A stretch of DNA of 63,917 nt, the filler included, from Trichomonas gallinae (Eukaryota), in assembly GCA_008369845.1 (NCBI GenBank). It is 5 parts of 5 records of this genome, joined end to end, with 100 filler letters (N's around TTAATTAATTAA, not from the genome) between each part and the next. Parts side by side here need not be neighbours in the genome. Positions count along the whole stretch, not along the records: positions 36,483 to 51,770 come from MRSU01001507.1; positions 51,871 to 62,803 come from MRSU01001510.1; 3 more parts are not named here. The stretch is one strand, 5' to 3'. Below are positions 42,655-52,047 of the stretch, one piece after another. Position 1 is the stretch's first letter, and every line of letters begins with the position of its first letter. The position numbers and the translations under genes are program-made. Under the pieces are notes generated by a model, which was not told the origin of the DNA, did no database searches, and worked only from the letters and a program-made list of their open reading frames with translations.

Positions 42655-43914
42655 ATGAGCGCACAGCAAGGTTATCCATATAGCGGACAAGTTCCAGTCT
42701 TTCTCCCATTTGACTACGAGAAGCAGCAGAATGGTCCTGACTTCCTGGAGTTCGCGCAGCAGTTCTTTAATAAATCGAAAACAGGAGGATTACTTACTCG
42801 CAAGACGTTATCCCCTGAACAAGCGATTTCCTTTAACAAAGAGCATACAAACGACCCATTACTGAACTACATACCTAAAACTTTAGTCAAGGAGGCTATG
42901 CAAATCCAAAAAGCAATATTACATGTCACGGACGTTAGAAAAACCAAAACATTCTCTGGTGATCACATCGACCTCATCAAGCTTATCAAGAAGGATGAGA
43001 CTTTAATCGATGAAGCTTACTGCGTTTGTGTCAAACAAACAACTGGTTCTGATGGAGAAGCTTTCATTAACACTATGAAGTTCGTACAGGTTCTGGCGAA
43101 GTTCTTATGCCCTTCTAAAGAGTTAATCCCTTACGTTATCTCTCATTTTGCTAAGCAATGCAAGAGAGCTGAATCAATTAACTCCGAGTGCTACGAAAAC
43201 GCCGCCTTTGCATACATCAGAGTTAACGGAAGATGCCACTCTCACAACAACGTTGAAATGCATAAGCATAACACTAAGCACGCACTTGACGATATTCATA
43301 ATCCGAATATTCAGTACTATTGTTCACTCGAAGAGCACATGTGGCACCAGCGCAGCGCCAAGCCTTACCTTTGCATCCCGTTCTTCTTAGTTCGCGCCAT
43401 GAATAAATTCTTCGATCTCGGCGCTGAAAGAAGCGAAGGTATCTTCCGTCTTCCAGGCAACATGGGCCGCATCAACGACGCTCCTAAAAAGATCAACCAC
43501 GGAGATGCTGACTGCTTCGAGGGCCTCGATGCGAAAGATATGGGTACATTGATCAAACAGTGGTTCAGAACGATGGATGGTGGCGCCATTCCAGAGGATT
43601 TCGCAATTGAGCACATCTACAAGCAACATACAGCTGAAGAAATGCCAGCAATCGCAGATACACTTCCACCACTCTCGAAATACACATTAATGTATTTAGT
43701 TGGTGCTCTCAAGAGACTTGCACAACATCAGGAGGTTACAAGCATGGGTTCAGCTAACCTTGCAATGACATTCGCTATGAACATGAGCTATGTTGACGAA
43801 AGCGAAGGCATCAAGGCATCACAGAATAACTCATATATGCATTTCTTCCTTTCAGAAGTTATCAATCACTGGAATACTGATCAGATATATCCGTTACCTG
43901 AGAATGTACTTTAA
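42655..43914 (+). CDS. MyTH4-like plus RhoGAP domain protein
   Basis: LIDEAYCVCVKQTT (MyTH4-like); IPFFL...EGIFRLPG arginine finger, KQWFR, TSMGSANLAMTF. Start MSAQQG. Confidence 0.92.
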   Translation: MSAQQGYPYSGQVPVFLPFDYEKQQNGPDFLEFAQQFFNKSKTGGLLTRKTLSPEQAISFNKEHTNDPLLNYIPKTLVKEAMQIQKAILHVTDVRKTKTFSGDHIDLIKLIKKDETLIDEAYCVCVKQTTGSDGEAFINTMKFVQVLAKFLCPSKELIPYVISHFAKQCKRAESINSECYENAAFAYIRVNGRCHSHNNVEMHKHNTKHALDDIHNPNIQYYCSLEEHMWHQRSAKPYLCIPFFLVRAMNKFFDLGAERSEGIFRLPGNMGRINDAPKKINHGDADCFEGLDAKDMGTLIKQWFRTMDGGAIPEDFAIEHIYKQHTAEEMPAIADTLPPLSKYTLMYLVGALKRLAQHQEVTSMGSANLAMTFAMNMSYVDESEGIKASQNNSYMHFFLSEVINHWNTDQIYPLPENVL

Positions 43915-44234
43915 ATAGATTAAATACAGCTATGTTTTTCAATTGACATTTATTATCCTATTAAATGATTCTATTATTGTTTAACTTAATATTTGCGTTT
44001 GCAAATTATTGAATCGATCGGCTTGATTTTTACTATAATCCTTATTGCCTTAACCACAAGAGTTATATTTTTGATGAATTTTGGTTTGATATTCTTTATA
44101 AAATTTCGGTTTATATTTTAATAAAAAAATATCAACTGAGATAGTAAATATTTTACAAACATAGGGTATAACATGTGTAATATTAGAATAATTTTGCGTA
44201 ATTCCGGAAAAAAAATTGATGTCTAAAATAAAAA

Positions 44235-44561
44235 TTATTTCTTCGTATTCTTCAAAAATGAAGCAGTTCTCGATCTTTTAACTGGTTTTTGATGTATTTC
44301 TGCAAGTAATTCATCAATTCTAGAATCTTGTTTTGCGATCGAAGCAATTTTCAGCATGACTTCGTGTACTTCGTTTTCTATGCGCTTCTTTTCCTCTAAT
44401 TCCTGATTATATTGCTCAACTAAGCTGTTATAATTATCAATCATTTCCTGACGAGTTTTCTGGCCAGAGAGTTGATGCATAGGAGATGTTGGCGAATTCA
44501 TCGAAATTTTCGATCTCGACTTTGATTGACGTTTTGAAGGTGAAGGCGAACTTTTCATCAT
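44235..44561 (-). CDS. Small hypothetical coiled-coil protein
   Basis: 108-aa ORF with an SP-rich start and a heptad core. Confidence 0.7.
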   Translation of the reverse strand: MMKSSPSPSKRQSKSRSKISMNSPTSPMHQLSGQKTRQEMIDNYNSLVEQYNQELEEKKRIENEVHEVMLKIASIAKQDSRIDELLAEIHQKPVKRSRTASFLKNTKK

Positions 44562-45162
44562 TATTCTAAAAGTGCCAAAATGTTTACATCTTTTTTAGTC
44601 AATTCTTTGTTATTTCACAGTTCATCTAGTTTTATGATATACACTTGAAATTTATTAATAAATTAACGAAAATTCATTATTTGGACATAAATCAAAAACA
44701 TCTGATGTTTTGGCATAAAATTAGACATAAAGCCCTATTTGAAAGTTTTATTTTAGTCAATAAAGAGTTGAAATATTATAATAAATGCATCATTCTTCTT
44801 GGTTTCGAGCATTTTCCATAAAAAATATAGAGAAAATGTTATTTCAAGCGATCATATATATGTAAATTCTATTTATATTATCATAAATAGTTGAATTTTG
44901 TAATATCATGTTTTCATTTCGCTTAGCTTTGAAGGTCTTGATTTTATATCTTTTGATAAACTAATATTGATGTAGATTTATTTAGACTTTGAGGTAAATA
45001 AATGAATGGAAATATTTAGAGTTGTTAAATTTAAAAAGATAAAATTTTCAATTCACTAATTTTTTATTATCATGGATTTCAACAAGTGTGGAAGATATCA
45101 AGGTCTTTCTATTCCACTTATTGATCCTCTTTTTTGATTTTTGTATATTCACATTATTATTT

Positions 45163-46683
45163 TTACCAGCGCTTCCTCATCATCGAGTCCATTGGAGCTG
45201 ATGATGGCTGAATTCTTGCTCCAAGCTCAAATCCACCACCACGCTTTGGCTGATGGCGCTGTGGACGATTTGGATTCGTAATTTCTTCCTCATCTTCGTC
45301 TTTCTTCTTTCCTCCTTTCTTCTCGTTAGCCTTCCTCAATTCCGGTGGTACTGGTTGAGATTTTACGCCGAAAACTGGACCAGTTTGCTTCTTATCCTGA
45401 TGTGGTGGACCACGTCTCTTGCGCTCCTTCTTTTGGTCTGTATTTTCCTTCCTTGGATCCGGCTGCTCCTTCTTTGGTCCTGGATTTCTTGGATCTGGTT
45501 GTTCCTTCCTTGGTCCAGGGTTTTTAGGATCAAATGGCTTTTCCTTAGGAGCAGGCTGCTCGCGCCTTGGATCCGGTTGTTCTTTCTTTGCTGATAAAAT
45601 GCTGAGAGCTTTCTTTCCTTCTGCGCGTTTTGGTTTCTTTCCTTCCGGTTTCATTGGTTCTCTGAATGATTTCATCGTTGGATATTTGTTGAGAATCGCG
45701 ATAATGTCTGGATTGAATGGAATTGGGAAATCATGCTTTTGATTGACTCTGAAAGCTTGAAGCTTTTCGAGGCCGTAGTTACACTTTCTGCGATGATCCT
45801 CCATTGCTTCGTTTTCGAATTCGTGGAAGATTTTTTCATCCCATCTAATTTCGAGACCGTAAGAGCAGAATCTGAAATAGCACTCGATACCATAGTGGCT
45901 TCCTCCAGCGACATCTTCTCTCGAAAGTCTCAAAAACTCGTCGTACATTGCTTGATCGAAATGTTCGCGAAGATAGAAGCACCAGAAACAGTAAAGGCTG
46001 TTCATTTCTGCAGAGTTTCCGATACCAAGTGTTGCACGCTCGTTTATTGCTTGATCATGGAAAGAGTCGTATTTCGCTTGAACGAACTGGCCGTCTTCCA
46101 TTAATTGGTGGGAAATATGATCCCAGTAGTGCTTTGGATCTGTGTCAACTTTGACATTGAGAACATCATCCTTTGGAACGGATCTGCCTTCGATTTTAGA
46201 TAAAGCGCCTTTTTTAACGCGTGTGATATTGATAATTTTAGATCCTGCGCCACTTGGAACTTCAGGCTTGTTCTGGTCGTAGTCAGGAAGCAACTCTCTC
46301 GCGTCTTTCTCGCGCAATTCAAAGGCTCTATCGTTATAAGAGCCATAGCCTTCATTGTACAACTTGAGCGACTCATTGATGTCGTTTCCAGTCGTGAGAT
46401 GGCCCTTTCTGATGCCTGCACCTGTCCTGTGTCTATATGCTAATCTATCATCACGGCGGTTATGCAAAACTCTTTTAACTCTTACGATAGGAGAGCCGCT
46501 TACTTTCATTGCAGGCATTTGGAATGAAGAAGCAGTCACTCTTGGCGGATATGGCATATAATCGTCGTCATCGTATTCCTGCTCATCGTAGTACTCATAA
46601 TCATCATCAAACCACTCTTCCTCTTCATATCCTTCATCCCCAGACGAAGCCTGCGCGGGTGCCAATACATCCCAATCACTCAT
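45163..46683 (-). CDS. LARP1: LARP1-like DM15-domain protein lacking a visible La module
   Basis: HISHQLMEDGQFVQ..Y...ER..LGIGNSAEMNSLY.FW.FYLR.HF...MYDEF...ED...YGIECYFRF.SYGLE...NYGLEK matches the DM15 repeats. Upstream HRTG...INESLKLYNE resembles the LARP1 INDGL.YYE segment. Start MSDWDV. Confidence 0.9.
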   Translation of the reverse strand: MSDWDVLAPAQASSGDEGYEEEEWFDDDYEYYDEQEYDDDDYMPYPPRVTASSFQMPAMKVSGSPIVRVKRVLHNRRDDRLAYRHRTGAGIRKGHLTTGNDINESLKLYNEGYGSYNDRAFELREKDARELLPDYDQNKPEVPSGAGSKIINITRVKKGALSKIEGRSVPKDDVLNVKVDTDPKHYWDHISHQLMEDGQFVQAKYDSFHDQAINERATLGIGNSAEMNSLYCFWCFYLREHFDQAMYDEFLRLSREDVAGGSHYGIECYFRFCSYGLEIRWDEKIFHEFENEAMEDHRRKCNYGLEKLQAFRVNQKHDFPIPFNPDIIAILNKYPTMKSFREPMKPEGKKPKRAEGKKALSILSAKKEQPDPRREQPAPKEKPFDPKNPGPRKEQPDPRNPGPKKEQPDPRKENTDQKKERKRRGPPHQDKKQTGPVFGVKSQPVPPELRKANEKKGGKKKDEDEEEITNPNRPQRHQPKRGGGFELGARIQPSSAPMDSMMRKRW

Positions 46684-47305
46684 CGATAAAAAGTAAATTT
46701 TCAACGTGAAAATTTTATGTCATCATAAAATAAACATAAATCTACATTTATTGTTAAAATCACCGATAATCAAAAGTGACAAAAAAGTGAAATTGAATTA
46801 AAAATCTTTGTTCAAACATCTCACTTCTGATGTTATTTAGGCTTTCCATCATCTATAGATATCAAATTTAGAAAATTTGGTCGTATTTAAAATTTTTATT
46901 TTTATAAACAGGTTTTTGTCTGTCTTTCAATCAAGCATTTTTTTTTGATCAACTAAAATTTTTTGTCGAAATAAAAAATTTTTTTATTATAAAAAATGAT
47001 TTCTTTATCCTATAGACCAAATCCTTAGCTATCATGTTTACAACCTTATTAATTGTTGTAATTGCTATATTTAAAATATTGAGTAATTTTCTTGGTTAAT
47101 TGGAATTATTGGAAATTATTGAAATTTCAAAAATTTGATTATTATGCTAGACCGCTTATATAGTTTTAATATATATAAAGTAAGTATTCAAAATTATTAT
47201 TCCATATGGTATGAATATGAGTTCTCAGTATGGTCAATAATTTGAAAGCGTTATGTTTAACTGATCACTTAGTAAATAGAAGAATATACCGCATTGGTAT
47301 CAGTT

Positions 47306-47590
47306 CTATTTAACAAGGCGTCCGATCTTGACTTTGGCAATTAAAGCTGGAGAAATGTAAGGATGGTGCTTCATGAAAAGTTCTGTCATGTCACCACCAG
47401 CACATCCGACGATGATCTTTGGACCACCTGGGTGCATTGCTAAGTATGGTGTCATATTGTAAACGTCACCTTTGAAAGCGCACCAGCAATCTTCAGCAGT
47501 GTTATGCTTGGCGAGTTCCTCGCGTGTGATGTCGCCGACCCATGGAAGTTGCTTCTGCTTTTCACCCCAGGCAATCTGTGCTGACGCCAT
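47306..47590 (-). CDS. Cytochrome b5-like heme-binding protein (soluble)
   Basis: ITREELAKHNT.EDCW...G.VYNMTPYL..HPGG...AG.D.T.LF..HHP...IGRL. Confidence 0.93.
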   Translation of the reverse strand: MASAQIAWGEKQKQLPWVGDITREELAKHNTAEDCWCAFKGDVYNMTPYLAMHPGGPKIIVGCAGGDMTELFMKHHPYISPALIAKVKIGRLVK

Positions 47591-48364
47591 TCTTGCAAAA
47601 TAAGATAAAATTGAATGCAATTTGATCGATTTAAAGTATTTTTCCCAAAAGTGTCGATATTTGTATTGAAAATAATCGTCAAATTAAAGTGAGATCACTT
47701 AAGGTTAATATTATATCCATGAAATTGCCAACAATTACAAATATTTTGTAGTTATCGTTTTTGAATGAGCCGCAGTAATTGAAAAAGAATTCTTTACATT
47801 TTAATTTTGCATTTCTGTCATGTAAAGTGTCATATTCAATAATGACACCAGTATCAATTGATATTGCATATATTTCCCCATCCAAGGAGGTGCGAATTCT
47901 CACTTTTTATCAGCGAACGAAATGAGCAAGACCTCGTGGTTCATTGATATTTACAATATTGCAGTTTCTGAATCATTACCAATATTTTTGACACGTAAAG
48001 CGTCAATTAAACAAATCTCTCCATTTTCAAATGAAATATTGCTTATATCAGTCCATCACTTGAAATATAAACAAAGCATCTAATGATGCATTGATAAATC
48101 TAATAATGAAATTTCCAAATCAATATTAATATTTTTGACATGTAATATGTCATATTTACAAACCAATCCCTTTTCTATTGATATATTGCTAATATTAACT
48201 AGTCTCATGAAATATAATAAAAAGACCTAGTGATGCATTGTTACTAATGCACTTATCAAGTCAATTCTAAAAGAATATCTTGACATGTAATTTTGGAAAT
48301 ATGACTTTTGTCAAAAAATCTGTTTTAATTTGACATGAATAATAAAATGTGACACTGAAAAGTT

Positions 48365-48811
48365 ATGTCACACAAGAATTATGATCCACCAATGCATACA
48401 ACAGAGCACATCCTTAACAGGACAATGGATAACATTTTCCACTGCGGCAGATCAATTGGAACACATCTTGAGAAGAAGAAATCCAAATGCGATTATCCAT
48501 TAAATCGCGATTTGACTCCAGAAGAGAAAAAGCAGATCGAAGATACTGTTAATGGTGTCATAGCTCAGAATCTTGAAGTTAAGCCAATCTTCCTCCCACC
48601 TGAAGAGGCTGCAAAGCTTGTTGATATTTCTAAGCTTCCAGAAGGCGCCACAGATGCTGATATCCGAATCATTCAGATTGGTGACTACGATAATTGCGCC
48701 TGCATTGGCCCACACGTTGCCAAAACAGGTGATATCAAAGGTCGCTTCAAGATCACTTCCACATCTCTTGAAAAGAATGGTGTTTGCCGTGTCAGATGGA
48801 CATGCAAGTAA
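48365..48811 (+). CDS. Stand-alone AlaX/tRNA_SAD-type tRNA editing domain
   Basis: Zinc motifs HTTEH (HXXXH) and CIGPH (CXXXH); RIIQIGDYD; 148 aa with no synthetase core. Confidence 0.88.
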   Translation: MSHKNYDPPMHTTEHILNRTMDNIFHCGRSIGTHLEKKKSKCDYPLNRDLTPEEKKQIEDTVNGVIAQNLEVKPIFLPPEEAAKLVDISKLPEGATDADIRIIQIGDYDNCACIGPHVAKTGDIKGRFKITSTSLEKNGVCRVRWTCK

Positions 48812-49209
48812 ATCTATATTATTACGTATTTATTTCCAAAATCGAAATTTAGTTTTTATCATTTCTAATTATACAGAAACGTTACATTATCACACATATA
48901 ATCAATTATGTATGTCGAAAACTAATGAATTTGAAAGATTTTTGAAACAATGAAAAATAATCATACATAAAATCGCTTTTCGAATCATATCTAACCAATA
49001 CTATCCTATGTTATCATTATTCACTAACAGATAGCTTTGGATTTTGGGTTTTTATTTTATGAGATATCGGATACTAACAGAACTCATTTCATTTCGGAGA
49101 TTAAAAAAGACAAAATAAATATTAAGAGCATATAGAGCATGAACATTTAAACAAAGGGATAGATTTAAAGTAATATAAACAATTATGTAAACGAAATGAT
49201 AGAAATCTA

Positions 49210-49866
49210 TCACTGCTTCGGATCCGGTTGCTTTTCCGCATTGTTTGGTGGGTCATTTAATTCTTCAGTATCTGCAAATTCTTCAGTTTCTCTAAATATC
49301 TTCCTAATTTCCGCCCAATTTTCCTTTTGGTTTTCAACTATTTTCCTAAATTCACCCTCACTTCCTCCGTGACTATGAAATATTCTATACAAATCTTTTC
49401 CCTCTGGAGGGAGGCTCTGTAAGTACTCCTCATCTACAGCAGTGCCATCTGACTCGTAGCCATCTGATTGATCACTGGGTAATTCTTCTTCTAAATTACT
49501 AGAATCGTAATCTTCGATAAAATGACCATTTCCGTAAGAGTCTTGGTATTCGGTGTTAAATGAGTAACCATGCTTAATGCCATTTTTGCGATCATAGTCT
49601 CTTTTTCCTGATGAATGTTTCCTCGGCTCAAGAATGTTTGCACCGTTGACTTGTTTGTGTAGCACTAAATAATCGTTCGGCTGTAAATTAATATTCCCAA
49701 GTACTTGATCATCGCGAAGTATTTTCCTTCTAAAAATGAAATTTATTTGTTGCAGTTCGAGTTTTACTTTTTCCTCAATCAGTTTCTTGAGGTTTGCCAC
49801 TGTTTGTGTTGGCTCAATTTCAACTTCGTATGTTTTGTTTGCAATTGTTTTAATTGTAACTTTCAT
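49210..49866 (-). CDS. Ubiquitin-like domain protein with acidic C-terminus
   Basis: MKVTIKTI..KTYEVEIEPTQTVANLKKLIE...IF..KIL.DD, a Rad23-like Ubl. No UBA domain evident. Confidence 0.88.
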   Translation of the reverse strand: MKVTIKTIANKTYEVEIEPTQTVANLKKLIEEKVKLELQQINFIFRRKILRDDQVLGNINLQPNDYLVLHKQVNGANILEPRKHSSGKRDYDRKNGIKHGYSFNTEYQDSYGNGHFIEDYDSSNLEEELPSDQSDGYESDGTAVDEEYLQSLPPEGKDLYRIFHSHGGSEGEFRKIVENQKENWAEIRKIFRETEEFADTEELNDPPNNAEKQPDPKQ

Positions 49867-50372
49867 TGATAGATATAAAAAGTCACTTTTTTGCCGCCAA
49901 AAAAATGTCAGAGCACTTTTTGATATCAATTTACGTGTCAAAATGTCAAAAATATTTATCATATGTTTTCGCATCCTAACAATATATATTAGGCCAATGA
50001 TAAATTTACTAAAGTCATAATTGGCACCTCATTGACCTGAATATGTAATATTATAGATATTTAATGCATTTCTATTAAGATGAAAATCAATTTACATGTC
50101 ATAATGTCAGAAATAATATAAATGTTTTCGCAACAAAAATACTTATCATTCTAATCATTAATTTGCCAAAGTTTTAATTAGCATTTAGTAGACCTTGATA
50201 TGCAATATTATAGATTTTTAACGATAAATTATTTTTATGAAAAATTTATTATGCTTACAATTTAATGTAATTAGTGTATGATCGATTTTAGAGAATAAAT
50301 ATATTAATAAGTTATGTAATTAAGCCTGAAAACTTATATTTTGGTATGAATAAAATACATAAAGTTTTTATA

Positions 50373-51407
50373 TTAAAACAAGGGTTTTGGAGCTTTGGAA
50401 GAGTGGATTCCTAAGGATCCTATGAGTCTTTTCTTCGGTTTCACAGATAATTGAGATTTGAGATATTGCAAAACATAAATTATGTATGAGACGATCATGT
50501 ATATTGGATAAGCTGCGCAAATTGAAAGATAGACTGCTCTAAATAGTTTTCTGATGAGTGAATCATCCCACCATAAGTATTTGAAGGCTAAAGTCTTATC
50601 AATGAAGAATAAAACGATAGTCATAAGTGTAACAGGTATCAATATCTCAGGAAGGTAATATGCAGTAATGAATGCAGAAATTAAAACAACAATATAGATT
50701 TTGAGACGATCTATGTGGTTGACAAGTATATGCATCAAGTATGATACATCACCAATGTTATTTTGGAATGAAATCATCTTTGTATTAATCAAATCAATTG
50801 ATTCTTTGCCTTCTTGTAGTGTAACGCTGATGTTTTCTATAGCTTTTTCAAGACTCTCTGATGATTCATTGAACTCTCTCGTTAAGTTCTCGATGACAGC
50901 TGCAGATTCAACAGTCTTTTTGAATAAAGTTAAAAGTTGCTCTGATGTACGCGCGTTGAATGCTTCACCGTGTGCGAAATAGCACAAATTTGTAATGTGA
51001 TGGTCAAAAGTCAAGTAAACACTATAAGTTGACTGAGACATTTTCGAAGTATCTAAATCATTCGGAAACTCATCTAATCTATTGGATATTTTGTAAAAAC
51101 ACTGTGTAAAACGAAGAGAGAGGTTCTTTCTAAGGTGTTCATTTTGTTTTTGTTCGATTGTGTGACAATTTACTTTCATTTCTGAGACTGCATCAGAATA
51201 ACAATCTGATTTTGATACATCTATTGTTTCAATTAAACTTGCTATAGGAATAACAGCAGGATATTTGCTTTTTATCGATTCAAAATCAATTAATTCTGTT
51301 ACTTTCTTTCCTGCACTTATTTGCTCAGACAAAGCCTTAGGATCAAACTCCTTCAGCTCATCAATGCATTTTGAATTATACAAGAACAACCAGAAAGAGA
51401 AAAACAT
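50373..51407 (-). CDS. GEX1: GEX1/KAR5/Brambleberry-family nuclear membrane fusion protein
   Basis: Signal peptide; Cys-rich domain CY.DA......C...R..L.LRFTQC...R...MS...Y..Y.TF..HI.NLC; coiled coil; two to three C-terminal TM helices. Confidence 0.72.
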   Translation of the reverse strand: MFFSFWLFLYNSKCIDELKEFDPKALSEQISAGKKVTELIDFESIKSKYPAVIPIASLIETIDVSKSDCYSDAVSEMKVNCHTIEQKQNEHLRKNLSLRFTQCFYKISNRLDEFPNDLDTSKMSQSTYSVYLTFDHHITNLCYFAHGEAFNARTSEQLLTLFKKTVESAAVIENLTREFNESSESLEKAIENISVTLQEGKESIDLINTKMISFQNNIGDVSYLMHILVNHIDRLKIYIVVLISAFITAYYLPEILIPVTLMTIVLFFIDKTLAFKYLWWDDSLIRKLFRAVYLSICAAYPIYMIVSYIIYVLQYLKSQLSVKPKKRLIGSLGIHSSKAPKPLF

Positions 51408-51692
51408 TATAAAATCTAATTAATCGAAAAGTGCACGTTTAGAATTAAAATTTAAAATCCAAACAAACCTCAAAATATCAATAATCAATAAATGTATATT
51501 TTAAATATTACAATACTTTTTGGAATTCAGATGTTTTGACTTTGTAAATTATTTACATGTCAAAATTGCAAATGTTTTTTTTAGTAATATTACCATCAAT
51601 AAAAGTTATTCATTCATCAAAATTGATTTGTTACTGTAGTTACCAAAAGCAATAACAAACCTTTTAAAACAACGTCATTGTCAGTCGTATAT

Positions 51693-51770
51693 TACAGTGG
51701 AACAATAACCAGGGATAAAAAGTGAGACCAGGGATATTCTCAATTTTTAGGCAGGGGGTGCTTCCAATTT
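51693..51770 (+). mobile_element. Tc1/mariner-like transposon terminus (TA plus TIR) running into gap
   Basis: TA-CAGTGGAACAATAACCAGGGATAAAAAGTGAGACCAGGGATATTCTC..., the inverse match of 11745-11822. Confidence 0.8.
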
Positions 51771-51870
51771 NNNNNNNNNNNNNNNNNNNNNNNNNNNNNN
51801 NNNNNNNNNNNNNNTTAATTAATTAANNNNNNNNNNNNNNNNNNNNNNNNNNNNNNNNNNNNNNNNNNNN
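51771..51870. other. Artificial contig spacer
   Basis: N44-TTAATTAATTAA-N44. Confidence 0.98.
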
Positions 51871-52047
51871 TATACTAATATATTCATATGTATTAGCGAT
51901 TTGAATTCCAATGAGGACGACGATAGCGAGGACGATAGACATCTATATATTAAATAAAAAGATTAATATTAATCAATAAGAAAACTAGAATAATATAAAC
52001 AAAAAATTTATACAATCTATATTAATATAAAAACACAAAATAATAGC

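Noticed and set aside
47679..48070. Decayed coding fragment on the minus strand
   Set aside because: Protein-like composition, but several stops and no recognisable family; too weak to call.
49020..49082. ACTAACAG twice, resembling a spliceosomal branch point and 3' splice site
   Set aside because: Does not match the trichomonad ACTAACACACAG motif, lies between convergent genes, and has no exon to join.
36483..51407. Operon or biosynthetic cluster around the radical SAM gene
   Set aside because: Neighbours are functionally unrelated eukaryotic genes in mixed orientation with their own promoters; no precursor peptide, protease or transporter is evident.
11745..51770. A single 40-kb element bounded by the inverted CAGTGG repeats
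   Set aside because: The termini face outward from the enclosed DNA, lie on different contigs, and enclose ordinary host genes with no transposase, integrase or polymerase.
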